In this document: positions 17,052-26,101 of the stretch, piece after piece
Layout: each line of letters opens with the position of its first letter
Position numbering within the stretch: position 1 is the first letter of the stretch
NCBI GenBank assembly: GCA_044359815.1
Contig: JBIKLL010000024.1
Coordinates: forward strand, 1 to 32,668
DNA from: Pseudobdellovibrionaceae bacterium
GTDB taxonomy: Bacteria > Bdellovibrionota > Bdellovibrionia > Bdellovibrionales > Bdellovibrionaceae
Direction: 5' to 3'
Length of the DNA: 32,668 nt
Translations under genes and position numbers: made by a program
The notes under the pieces: model-generated
What the model saw: the letters and a program-made list of their open reading frames with translations, nothing else
What the model was told of the DNA's origin: nothing
Database searches by the model: none

Positions 17052-18041
17052 ATGTCTAAAATAGAAACTGATTTTACCAAAATGATGAAGTGCGATCTGC
17101 CGATTATCGGCGCCCCGATGTTTTTAGTATCGAATGTCGAGATGGTTGTGGCTATTTCTGAGGCCGGCGGGGTTGGATCCTTCCCTGCATTGAATTTTAG
17201 ACCTATTGAGGCGTATGAAAAGGCAATTAAACAAATCAAAGCAAAAACTAAAAAGCCCATCGGCGTGAATGTGATAGTGAACAAGAGCAACACCAGACAG
17301 TCCCAGGATTTAAAAATCGCCCTGGATAACGGAGTCGAATTATTTATTACGTCCCTGGGTAGCCCAAAAGATGTGATCAAAGAAGCCCATAAAAATGGTG
17401 CGAAAGTTATTTGTGATGTGACTAATTTAGAACACGCTCAAAAAGTACAGGATATGGGTGCCGATGGAGTGGTAGCTGTGTCTTCAGGTGCCGGTGGCCA
17501 TGCTGGACCCATTTCACCGTTGGTCCTAATCCCTTGGTTAAAAGCTAAGCTTAAAATCCCCATAATCGCAGCCGGAGGCATCGCAGACGGTCGCTCTATG
17601 GCAGCCGCCATGACCCTAGGCGCCTCAGCTGTGCATATTGGAACGCGGTTTATTGCCAGCACCGAGGCCGGCGTGGATCAAGCCTATAAAGACGCCGTCG
17701 TTAACGCCAGCCCCGAGGACATTGTTATGACCACTAGGGTTTCTGGAACACCGGCTGCGGTGATTAATACTCCTTACGTTCAAAAAATGGGATTGGATCT
17801 TCCGATTTATTTAAAACTGCTGAAGGAGCAAAAGCTCACTAAAAAATATGTGGTGCCATTGATACATTTATTGGGGATGAAGCAATTGGAAAAAGCCGCT
17901 AGCGGCCCAACTTGGAAAACAGTGTGGAGCGCCGGTCAATCCGTGGGATTGATTCACGAAATCTTACCTTGCAAAAAAATCATCGAAAAAATGATCTCCG
18001 AATACAGCGAATCAATCGCCCAACAACCCCAGGTCAAATAA
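17052..18041 (+). CDS. Nitronate monooxygenase / FabK-like FMN oxidoreductase
   Basis: PIIGAPMFLVS, GAGGHAG, PIIAAGGIADG, HIGTRFIASTEA, WSAGQSVG; ATG at 17052. Confidence 0.92.
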   Translation: MSKIETDFTKMMKCDLPIIGAPMFLVSNVEMVVAISEAGGVGSFPALNFRPIEAYEKAIKQIKAKTKKPIGVNVIVNKSNTRQSQDLKIALDNGVELFITSLGSPKDVIKEAHKNGAKVICDVTNLEHAQKVQDMGADGVVAVSSGAGGHAGPISPLVLIPWLKAKLKIPIIAAGGIADGRSMAAAMTLGASAVHIGTRFIASTEAGVDQAYKDAVVNASPEDIVMTTRVSGTPAAVINTPYVQKMGLDLPIYLKLLKEQKLTKKYVVPLIHLLGMKQLEKAASGPTWKTVWSAGQSVGLIHEILPCKKIIEKMISEYSESIAQQPQVK

Positions 18042-18045
18042 GAGT

Positions 18046-18378
18046 CTTAAAAAATATTTCTATGATTTATACCTTTTGAATACATTTGCGAGCGCGCATG
18101 GCATATCTGGTGTTGCGTAAATGCAAAGATAATTTTTTTCACTATTTTTAGACACTCGCTAACGGCCGCGGGCTCATCTCTCGTATATAGTCACTATATA
18201 AAAGCAATTTTTTTGCTTTTATATAGTGACTCAACACCAGATATGCCCCGCGCGCTCGCTGTATGTGTCTAAAAACAGTAAAAACAAATTACCTTTGTAT
18301 TTATGCAATACGAGAGATGAGCTTGCGGCCGTTAGCAAGTATTCAAAAGGTATAAAACACAGAAATATTTTTTTTAAG
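18046..18378. repeat. Nested long inverted-repeat element (hairpin-within-hairpin)
   Basis: Arms 18046-18083/18339-18378, 18113-18155/18265-18308 and 18189-18207/18213-18231, interrupted by conserved GC-rich boxes shared with 28792-29043. Confidence 0.9.
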
Positions 18379-18979
18379 AATCTTTTTTGCTTTGGATCAG
18401 AGACAACATTTGATCCATGGCTACCCTGATGCGATCCAGATCCTTGCGGTCCAAATCAGTGGCATTCAGCTCAACCATTCGGTTGTGAAGCTTCTCAAAC
18501 ACCAGATCGATCCGTGTCACTATGTTAGATAAGTCATGCAGAAACTTGGCAAATTCTTCGCCCTTCACCTTTACTTCTGCAGACGGCTTAATCACCAAAG
18601 ACTCTCCGCTCAAAACCATTCTGATTTTGTTTAAAAGCTCTGGCATATTCAGTGGCTTTGCCAAGACTCCTTGGACTTTGAGGGCAACTTGTTTAACGAC
18701 AGCAGGATCCAAATACCCACTCATAATTATAATGGGAGTTTTAGCGTTTTTATCATCTGCATTAGAAGGATTTCTGAGCTGCTCCATAATCTTGGTGCCA
18801 GAACCGCCACTCAGTTTTAAATCCAATAAAACCAAATCAAATTTTTGATTGTTCAGTTTATAAATTGTCTCAGAAATTTTTGCCGAGCAAACCACGCTGA
18901 ACTCAGACTTTTCCAAAAAATCTTTTATCAGCTCCTGAACAAATTCTTCGTCCTCTACGACTAGGATATTTTTTTTCAC
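18374..18979 (-). CDS. Response regulator: REC domain plus short DHp/HisKA-like C-terminus
   Basis: ILVVEDE, LVLLDLKL, IIMSG, AKP; C-terminal FLHDLSN helix pair; GTG start with RBS GGGAG. Confidence 0.85.
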   Translation of the reverse strand: MKKNILVVEDEEFVQELIKDFLEKSEFSVVCSAKISETIYKLNNQKFDLVLLDLKLSGGSGTKIMEQLRNPSNADDKNAKTPIIIMSGYLDPAVVKQVALKVQGVLAKPLNMPELLNKIRMVLSGESLVIKPSAEVKVKGEEFAKFLHDLSNIVTRIDLVFEKLHNRMVELNATDLDRKDLDRIRVAMDQMLSLIQSKKDS

Positions 18980-18989
18980 AGTTCACTCC

Positions 18990-20168
18990 CTACTGAGCAT
19001 TGCCCAAAAACTGTACCCAATTTGTTTGTTTGTTAAATTCTAATCCCTGATACCTTTGTTGATTCGACTCAAAAGTGTATCCGTAACCTACTGGTAACCA
19101 CACACTAATGCCCTTTGCGTTTTTAAATTCCTCAGAAGCTTCATTGGCAATTATCAATTTTGCATGAGCTTTATTAAAGTCATTTACCAGGCTCTCTGAA
19201 AGCTCGACTTTAAAATCCAAAAGCTTATTCAGAAAATCCAAACCATCGGCATAATCATTGTAATAAAATGTCTGAGTCGCAGCAGCGGCAGCTTTGATTT
19301 TATCAGCATCAGCACTAAGCCTTTCGATCAATTCTTGATTTAATCGTGCAACACTTTTATTAAAGGCCTCCAAGTATTCCATATCAAACGCTGAAAACGT
19401 AACGTCTCTGGTTCCATAAATTCCACCTGAGTAAGCTTTGAAATACTCAGTAGTTAATAATTTGCCTACAGACACAGCATCCATTTTTGGGTCTTTGTTT
19501 AAACCTTCCAGAAATTTATTATAGGGCCAGCCTTCACCCGGTTCCAGATCCTGTGATCCCAGAAAAACCCTGACTGCCCCTTGCATTTCAGTCGCAACTT
19601 CGGCCATGGACATCAAACAGGCATCACTGCCATAAACATCAACCGGTCTGCCAATTTCAGCAGCTATTTGTTTCATAGCTACACCCAGTTGTTCAGTAGT
19701 TATTTTGTTACCTGTTCTGTCATCAAACGAAATATCCATCAGCGAAATATCGCTGTTTGCTCGGACAGCTTTCCATCCGCTACCATGATTCCAAACATCG
19801 ACAAAATATTTTTTTGCTGGATAATTTTGGTGAGCCCATTTTACGAAATCGACCAATTGCTTGTAATCACCCATATCTGACGATCCCAGATTCATCACCA
19901 CTGGCGAGGTAACCTTGTTTGTGTCAGAGTCTTTTTCGACAAACAATCGCAAGACGTCTGGATTTCGGTAGGATCCCCATTGGACAACTATGTTGATATT
20001 TTTGTTGGATCCAATTTCTTCCATCTGGTTGATATTTAAATCACCAAATGTATCCAGATTATTAACTCCATTTAAAAAAACTATCAGGGTCCATTCTTTT
20101 TCGATGGTCTCTGAATAAGCCTGGGAACTGGCAAAAAAAGTCAGTAAAATTGCGACGATGGTTTTCAC
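18990..20168 (-). CDS. Secreted clostripain-family (C11) cysteine peptidase
   Basis: Signal peptide; EWTLIVFLNGVNNL, WNHGSGW (catalytic His), SDACLMS (catalytic Cys), SQDLEPGEGWPY. Confidence 0.92.
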   Translation of the reverse strand: MKTIVAILLTFFASSQAYSETIEKEWTLIVFLNGVNNLDTFGDLNINQMEEIGSNKNINIVVQWGSYRNPDVLRLFVEKDSDTNKVTSPVVMNLGSSDMGDYKQLVDFVKWAHQNYPAKKYFVDVWNHGSGWKAVRANSDISLMDISFDDRTGNKITTEQLGVAMKQIAAEIGRPVDVYGSDACLMSMAEVATEMQGAVRVFLGSQDLEPGEGWPYNKFLEGLNKDPKMDAVSVGKLLTTEYFKAYSGGIYGTRDVTFSAFDMEYLEAFNKSVARLNQELIERLSADADKIKAAAAATQTFYYNDYADGLDFLNKLLDFKVELSESLVNDFNKAHAKLIIANEASEEFKNAKGISVWLPVGYGYTFESNQQRYQGLEFNKQTNWVQFLGNAQ

Positions 20169-20276
20169 AGCTATCCCCTTTCAAGTGGGTAAAGCTGCAT
20201 CGGAAATCTGGCCACAGAGATTAACCGGACCTAAGTTATATTAAACTTAGTTAGACCTAGTCCCTTTGGTTATTGT

Positions 20277-20435
20277 TGATTTTAAAATTAAGGAATATAG
20301 ACATTTGAATTTACTTAAAAAGACCACAGCTCTTTATTTGGTATCGTTACTCAGATTGCTCGGGTCAAGCCCCCGCCTCCGCAGAGGGTCTTTTTAAGTA
20401 AATTCAAATGTCTATATTCCTTAATTTTAAAATCA
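20277..20435. repeat. Perfect 49-bp inverted repeat around a 61-bp GC-richer core
   Basis: 20277-20325 is the exact reverse complement of 20387-20435. Confidence 0.95.
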
Positions 20436-20512
20436 GTACCAACCTAATTGACCTTAGGTAAATCAGTTTCACTTAGGTCAGTTTAAGACTCGGCGGTCCT
20501 GCGCAAGACTGC

Positions 20513-20543
20513 AAAAAAAAGCCTGGCGTCATAAACGCCAGGC
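20513..20543 (-). terminator. Rho-independent terminator
   Basis: Minus strand GCCTGGCGT-TTATG-ACGCCAGGC followed by T8. Confidence 0.88.
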
Positions 20544-20605
20544 TTGGAACACCACAACGACCTTCAGAGGGGAGATGGGATAGAAGGGCGCCGCAGAAAA
20601 ATCTG
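20513..20605 (-). ncRNA. Candidate sRNA with C-rich loop and intrinsic terminator
   Basis: G-U-containing stem GCGGCGCCCTTC/GAAGGTCGTTGT enclosing TATCCCATCTCCCCTCT, followed by the terminator; no promoter established. Confidence 0.4.
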
Positions 20606-20703
20606 TATGGACCAATAACATTGACCAGAAATGATATTACAGACTTTAGTCGAAAATTTCGAGTGACAGAGATTTTGACAGAATAATGTTCAGTGATAAA
20701 TGT

Positions 20704-21912
20704 TTAGACAACCCGGGTTCGGATGCTGCGTTTAAGTTTCTGAATTTCTTCGTTTAAACCTTTTGCATCGATATTTTCAAAATCCATCACCAAGTAACCA
20801 ATTTTGTCATCAGTCGACAGATACTGTGAAGTGATGTTGGCTCCAGCTTTTGAAACCACCTGATTGATTTCACCCAAGATCCCTGGCTGATTCAAATGCA
20901 CGTTGATAATCCGTTGAACATTTTTAGTGAACGGCAAATCCACCTGCGGAAAATTCACAGCCCCACTGGTTGAGCCAATTTTAAAAAATCTAATAAAGCT
21001 TTCTGCGACCTCAAGCCCTATGCTGTACTGAGCCTCCTCGGTGCTGCCACCAATATGAGGGGTCAAAATCACATTGGGTAATCCCTGCAGCGGACTTTGG
21101 AATTTTTCTTTGTTTGAAGCGGGCTCCACAGGGAACACGTCGATCGCACAACCGCCTAAATGGCCGGAACTCAATGCCTGCGCCAAGTCTTCAATCACGA
21201 CCACTGTGCCCCGACTGGCGTTTAATAAAAACGCTCCCTTTTTCATTTTAGATAATTCTTTGGCCGTAATCAGGTTAGCTGTTTGCGGAGTTTCAGGCAC
21301 ATGCAGAGTTACAAAATCAGAATTTTTCAAAAGCTCATCCAGTGAATTGGCAATCAAAGCATTGCCTAAATTCAGTTTTTTAATCACGTCGTAAAACATC
21401 ACCTTCATGCCCAAGGCCTCTGCCAACACACTGACCTGTGATCCAATATGACCGTATCCAACTATCCCCAAGGTCTTACCCCGGATTTCACGACTGCCCT
21501 CTGCGGATTTAATCCACTCACCCTTGTGAGCCATAGCACTGCGATCCCCCAGGCGTCTGGACAGAGCTATCATTTCAGCTATGACCAGTTCAGCCACACT
21601 TCTGGTGTTTGAATGAGGAGCATTGAAAACAGGTATCCCTAAAATATTCGCATCAGCTAAATCCACTTGGTTTGTACCGATACAAAAAGCACCCACTGCC
21701 ATCAGATGAGGATTTTCAACCAACACTGATTTTCGCAATTCAGTTTTCGATCTGATACCGACGGCGTCGAACTGCTTTAGCAATGTATTTAATTCTTTTT
21801 CTGCCGGAGAATGGCTCAGTCTTTCAACCTGAAAGCCAACCTCTTGCAGACGTGTTTGCGCCACCTCATGAATATTTTCTAGGAGTAGTATTCTTGTTGT
21901 CTTCATTTTCAC
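20704..21912 (-). CDS. serA: D-3-phosphoglycerate dehydrogenase (E. coli-type, with ACT domain)
   Basis: GIRSKT, GAFCIGTNQVD, SNTRSVAE, GYGHIG, NASRG, TPHIGGSTEEAQ, and ACT domain HLNQPGIL. Confidence 0.95.
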   Translation of the reverse strand: MKMKTTRILLLENIHEVAQTRLQEVGFQVERLSHSPAEKELNTLLKQFDAVGIRSKTELRKSVLVENPHLMAVGAFCIGTNQVDLADANILGIPVFNAPHSNTRSVAELVIAEMIALSRRLGDRSAMAHKGEWIKSAEGSREIRGKTLGIVGYGHIGSQVSVLAEALGMKVMFYDVIKKLNLGNALIANSLDELLKNSDFVTLHVPETPQTANLITAKELSKMKKGAFLLNASRGTVVVIEDLAQALSSGHLGGCAIDVFPVEPASNKEKFQSPLQGLPNVILTPHIGGSTEEAQYSIGLEVAESFIRFFKIGSTSGAVNFPQVDLPFTKNVQRIINVHLNQPGILGEINQVVSKAGANITSQYLSTDDKIGYLVMDFENIDAKGLNEEIQKLKRSIRTRVV

Positions 21913-22043
21913 ATAATGAGGTTGGTGGATCTATCAACTCAATCCCTTTTCAGTTATAACATTATGCAAAATCTGTTTTAGTTACGGCATTTAGCAAAGT
22001 TGTTTTCTTAGGCAGATAGGTAATTTATTAAAGGAGAATATTT

Positions 22044-23357
22044 ATGACTCAAAACCAATCATTTCATCTGCTTTTAGTAGATGATGACCAATTGGTGGCT
22101 GAATCCATAAAGATGTCCCTGCCATCAAATTGGAAGATGACTTGGATTCAAGATCTGCAGTCGCTGCCTAAAGCCATTGTTCACTGCGCATTAGTTGATA
22201 TACATATCAATGGTCAACCCGAGGGCTTGAATGTGATTAGAGAGCTTAAGGCTCTGCATTCGCAATTGCCTATTATTGCTATTTCCGGAGACATGTCTTT
22301 AGACATAATGGAATCTGGTGTGAACTTGGGTGCTTCCAAGTTTTTAGCAAAGCCCATTTCTGCGGAAGAATTGCACAATCAATTGGATAAAATCGAAGCT
22401 CTTTGGCTGTTAAGATCCAAAGAATCAAAAGGTTCAGATAAATACCAGTGGATTGGTAATGGAAATCAATCTGAAACCTTAAAGCAGGCCTTAGCTTCGC
22501 TTAAAGGTGAAGACGGACCTATATTGATCAACGGTGAAACTGGTGCCGGCAAAGAAGTCGTTGCCAGAATTTTAAATTCACAGGAAACGGCCCGTCCTTT
22601 TGTGGCTGTTAATATGGCCAGTGTTGCAGAAAACTTGTTTGAATCAGAATTTTTTGGTCACGTAAAAGGCGCCTTCACAGGTGCTGATACACAAAAAATT
22701 GGTTTGATCGAAGCTGCAGATGGTGGAGATTTATTTTTAGACGAGGTCGATGCCTTAACCTTGACCAATCAGGCAAAGCTTTTAAGATTTTTAGAATCTC
22801 AAGAGTTTCGCAAGGTAGGATCTAAGGATTTAAAGGTTTCCAATTGCAGAATTATTGCCGCTACCAATAAAGATCTGAACAAACTGGTTCAATCAGGACA
22901 GTTTCGTGAAGATCTTATGTATCGTTTGTCAGGTAAGGTGATTTTGGTTCCTGCCTTAAAAGACAGAACCGAGGATCTGCCATTGTTGGTAGAGCATTTT
23001 ATGAAAAACACCAAGCACACAACCTTTAAGCAAGTTATGCCCGAGGCCTTGGATTTGATGAAGACTTATAATTGGCCTGGTAACGTCAGAGAGCTTAAAA
23101 GAATTTGTGAACAATTGCTGGTGAGCTCGCCCATGCCATTTATCAGACCTCAGGATGTGCAGAAATTTTTAACAAACCAAGCAGAAGTCAATGAAGACAT
23201 TGCCATGGGTTTACCGGCTTTGATGCAAAATTATGAGCGCAAAGTGATTACCGAAGGACTTAAAAAAGTGCGCGACGTAGAAAAAGCCGCTGCTCTGCTG
23301 AAAGTTTCGCGAAGCAACTTGTATAAAAAAATAAAAGACCTCAATATTGAGTTGTGA
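22044..23357 (+). CDS. Sigma-54-dependent (NtrC/AtoC family) response regulator
   Basis: REC (LLLVDDD), Walker A GETGAGKE, ESEFFGHVKGAFTGA, FLDEVD, FREDLMYRL, WPGNVREL, Fis-type HTH. Confidence 0.95.
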   Translation: MTQNQSFHLLLVDDDQLVAESIKMSLPSNWKMTWIQDLQSLPKAIVHCALVDIHINGQPEGLNVIRELKALHSQLPIIAISGDMSLDIMESGVNLGASKFLAKPISAEELHNQLDKIEALWLLRSKESKGSDKYQWIGNGNQSETLKQALASLKGEDGPILINGETGAGKEVVARILNSQETARPFVAVNMASVAENLFESEFFGHVKGAFTGADTQKIGLIEAADGGDLFLDEVDALTLTNQAKLLRFLESQEFRKVGSKDLKVSNCRIIAATNKDLNKLVQSGQFREDLMYRLSGKVILVPALKDRTEDLPLLVEHFMKNTKHTTFKQVMPEALDLMKTYNWPGNVRELKRICEQLLVSSPMPFIRPQDVQKFLTNQAEVNEDIAMGLPALMQNYERKVITEGLKKVRDVEKAAALLKVSRSNLYKKIKDLNIEL

Positions 23358-24292
23358 TTGAGATTTTAAATTCATTGCCCGGCGCCTGGTCCAGACAGGA
23401 TTACCGACTAACCGTTTTTATTGTCCTGGGATTTTTATTTTTTTCAGGCGCCGTGGTCTATTTTTTCAGAAACAGAAATTACTATTTCATAGTGTCGTGG
23501 GCCAGCATCAAAAGCTGGCTTTTTGTTGCACCAATGCTGTTTGTTTTATTGGGACTGCCATGGCCGTGGCCCTTGGTAGTATTGACTGTGATCGCTATCA
23601 CTGGTGCAAAAGTATTTTTTCAATTTATGGGGATGTACCATAGGTCCTATTTTGTTTTAACAACCTATGTGGCTATTATGGCCCTGGGCTATGCGACCTA
23701 CATTAATGATTTAGAACTTTATAATCTGCTGCCCATGGTGGTTATTGGGATTTCCTGCCTGATCCCACTGCTGCGAAACAACTATAAACGAATGATCCAA
23801 TACATCAGCTTGACCAGTATGTGTTTTGTCTTTTTGGGTTGGTCCTTTATGCATCTGGGTCTGATCATGACATTTGAAAAAGGCATTTATCAATTAATGT
23901 ATTTAATCATTCTGACTGAGTTTTGTGACAACACCAATCTGGCGATTTCGCGCCATTTTGGTCGGTGGAATATTTTTGATCGCATTGATACAAAACGCAC
24001 AGGCGAATCCACTTTGGTGGCAGCTGGTATCACCATTGCCTTGGCTTTTTTAATGCGCAATCTGTTGCCTGATAATTCTGAAAAATATTGGCTGACCTGC
24101 GGGTTAATTGCTTCATTGGGTGGATTTATCGGCGACATGGTTATGACAGTGGTTCGCAGAGACGCAGGCATCAAAGTCGTGGGAACATTTATTTTAGGCC
24201 GCGGTGATTTTTTGCACAGAATGGACAGGCTGATTTTTGTGGCTCCAATGTATTATTACATTGTTAAATATCTGCCGCCTTTGGTGATATGA
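23354..24292 (+). CDS. Phosphatidate cytidylyltransferase (CdsA/YnbB-like)
   Basis: Polytopic membrane protein with TEFCD...FGR, GDMVMTVVRRDAGIK and RMDRLIFVAP; 4-nt overlaps with both neighbours; upstream of an acyltransferase. Confidence 0.8.
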   Translation: MIEILNSLPGAWSRQDYRLTVFIVLGFLFFSGAVVYFFRNRNYYFIVSWASIKSWLFVAPMLFVLLGLPWPWPLVVLTVIAITGAKVFFQFMGMYHRSYFVLTTYVAIMALGYATYINDLELYNLLPMVVIGISCLIPLLRNNYKRMIQYISLTSMCFVFLGWSFMHLGLIMTFEKGIYQLMYLIILTEFCDNTNLAISRHFGRWNIFDRIDTKRTGESTLVAAGITIALAFLMRNLLPDNSEKYWLTCGLIASLGGFIGDMVMTVVRRDAGIKVVGTFILGRGDFLHRMDRLIFVAPMYYYIVKYLPPLVI

Positions 24293-25137
24293 AGGACTGG
24301 GTTTACGAAAACGAGCAGTGGACTAAGCTGCCGCCTTATTTAAAACATCTGCCCCTGTTCACCAGACATCATGATTGGGTCAGTCTGATTGTCAGACATC
24401 TGTGGGCCTTGTTTTTAAAATTTGTATTTTTTAGATTTTATATTCGATTGAAGGTCATTGGCGATTATCACAAAATTTATCGCGAAAACCCCAGGTTGCT
24501 GGTGATTTCAAATCATGGCAGTCATTTGGATGCGATATCTATAGCGACGTCCATACCTGTGCGCTATTGGATTGACGTCTATATCGCTGCAGCAAAGGAT
24601 TATTTTTTTACCAATGCTGTGTTTACGTTTTTTTCTCAGCACTGTTTGGGCGCCATCCCTATTGACCGCAAAGATCGAAAGGGCGAAGCCATTAATCTGA
24701 TTTTAAATTTGCTGGGGAACTTGGATCGCATCTGGTTGATTTTGTTTCCTGAAGGCACACGATCCCCTGATGGAAAAATCCATGATTTCAAACGCGGGGT
24801 CAGTATTTTTGCCGAACGAACCAAAACCCCGATTTTGTTTTTATTTGTTGAAGGCAACAGTGAGCTGTGGCCCAAAGGCCGAGCCTTTGCCAAACCGGGT
24901 AAGCTTGCCATCCACGTGGGCCCTGTTCACCCACCCGCATCCATTGACATAGTTTATGCAGCCTACAAAGAATGGGCGATCAAAATCAGTCCCGATGCCT
25001 TTGCGGACGCTCGTATTGAGCAAGAGGTTGAACGCAAAATTTCATCGCTTGAAAATCCCGGAAATGAGTCTATAGAAGACAGCGAACCCGATGAATTTGA
25101 CGATAAGGAGTCTTCATGGAGCCGACAGGACGATTAA
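24289..25137 (+). CDS. 1-acyl-sn-glycerol-3-phosphate acyltransferase family (PlsC-like)
   Basis: NHGSHLD (HX4D), AAKDYFF, IPIDR, FPEGTRS. Confidence 0.92.
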   Translation: MKDWVYENEQWTKLPPYLKHLPLFTRHHDWVSLIVRHLWALFLKFVFFRFYIRLKVIGDYHKIYRENPRLLVISNHGSHLDAISIATSIPVRYWIDVYIAAAKDYFFTNAVFTFFSQHCLGAIPIDRKDRKGEAINLILNLLGNLDRIWLILFPEGTRSPDGKIHDFKRGVSIFAERTKTPILFLFVEGNSELWPKGRAFAKPGKLAIHVGPVHPPASIDIVYAAYKEWAIKISPDAFADARIEQEVERKISSLENPGNESIEDSEPDEFDDKESSWSRQDD

Positions 25138-26012
25138 AGCTTTCAATTGCTGGTTACGATCTGTTTGCCATTCCCACTGGCGAATTTGGCTTGGATGGTG
25201 GCGCCATGTTTGGGACCGTCCCTAAGGTTTTGTGGGAAAAATCAAATCCCCCGGATGCTCAGAACCGAATTAAAATGGAAGCTCGTGGTTTACTGCTGAA
25301 AGGTCACGGAAAAATCATTTTAATTGATTGTGGTAATGGTTCGGATTTTATCGCCAAATACGGGGAAAAGCTGGGCACCAAGTTTCAAGAAATGTACAAC
25401 GTGCAATCTGGTGGAACCAGTTTAATAAATTCATTGAAATCGATTGGCGTTTCTACTGATCAAGTCACTGACGTGGTCTTAACACATTTGCATTTTGATC
25501 ATGCGGGCGGCGGCACCACCGAAAAAAATGGCAAGCTGGTGCCGACCTTTGAAAAAGCGCAATATTATTTGCAAAAAGCCAATCTGGAAACCGCCAGCCA
25601 GCCAAATTTGCGCGAAAAGGCCAGTTATTTTGAATCAAATTATAAACCCCTGTTGGATTCTGGAAAATTAAAATTATTGAATGGCGATACAGAAAATATT
25701 TTACCCAATATTTCTGTGCAAGTTTCCAATGGCCACACTCAGGGGCATCAGTTTGTTGTCATTAGCGATGCCCAATCGGGCTTGGTTTATTGTGGCGACG
25801 TTATCCCCACAAGCTCACACGTCAGACTGGCATGGGTAATGGGTTATGATTTAAATCCGTTGATGCTGATCCAGGAAAAACAAAAACTGCTAACCCAAGC
25901 CACTGCAAAAAATTGGTATTTGTTTTTTGAACACGATCCCTATTGCGACATCGCCAGCGTTACTGCCAAGGGTTCAGATTTTGCCGTCGAAGCCAGATAC
26001 AGCCTGGGATAG
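25116..26012 (+). CDS. MBL-fold metallo-hydrolase (YtnP/AHL-lactonase-like)
   Basis: LDGGAMFG.VPK.LW, THLHFDHAGG, GHTQGHQ, MGYD..P, FEHDP; RBS TAAGGAG. Confidence 0.93.
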   Translation: MEPTGRLKLSIAGYDLFAIPTGEFGLDGGAMFGTVPKVLWEKSNPPDAQNRIKMEARGLLLKGHGKIILIDCGNGSDFIAKYGEKLGTKFQEMYNVQSGGTSLINSLKSIGVSTDQVTDVVLTHLHFDHAGGGTTEKNGKLVPTFEKAQYYLQKANLETASQPNLREKASYFESNYKPLLDSGKLKLLNGDTENILPNISVQVSNGHTQGHQFVVISDAQSGLVYCGDVIPTSSHVRLAWVMGYDLNPLMLIQEKQKLLTQATAKNWYLFFEHDPYCDIASVTAKGSDFAVEARYSLG

Positions 26013-26028
26013 GTTTTTCTGTTAGGCT

Positions 26029-26063
26029 AAAAAGTCATCCTGATTTTCAGGATAGTTTTTTTT
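26029..26063 (+). terminator. Probable (bidirectional) intrinsic terminator
   Basis: A5...ATCCTGA-TTT-TCAGGAT...T8 just after the MBL gene. Confidence 0.6.
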
Positions 26064-26101
26064 GCAGCCACCCCGTTCGCTCAAATTCAATTAAATAGGA
26101 C

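Noticed and set aside
18226..18429. 67-aa ORF
   Set aside because: Lies within the nested hairpin element and overlaps the response regulator antisense.
20606..20630. Sigma-54 promoter for the candidate sRNA (TGGTCA...TTGG)
   Set aside because: Spacing is one base off and the -12 GC is absent.
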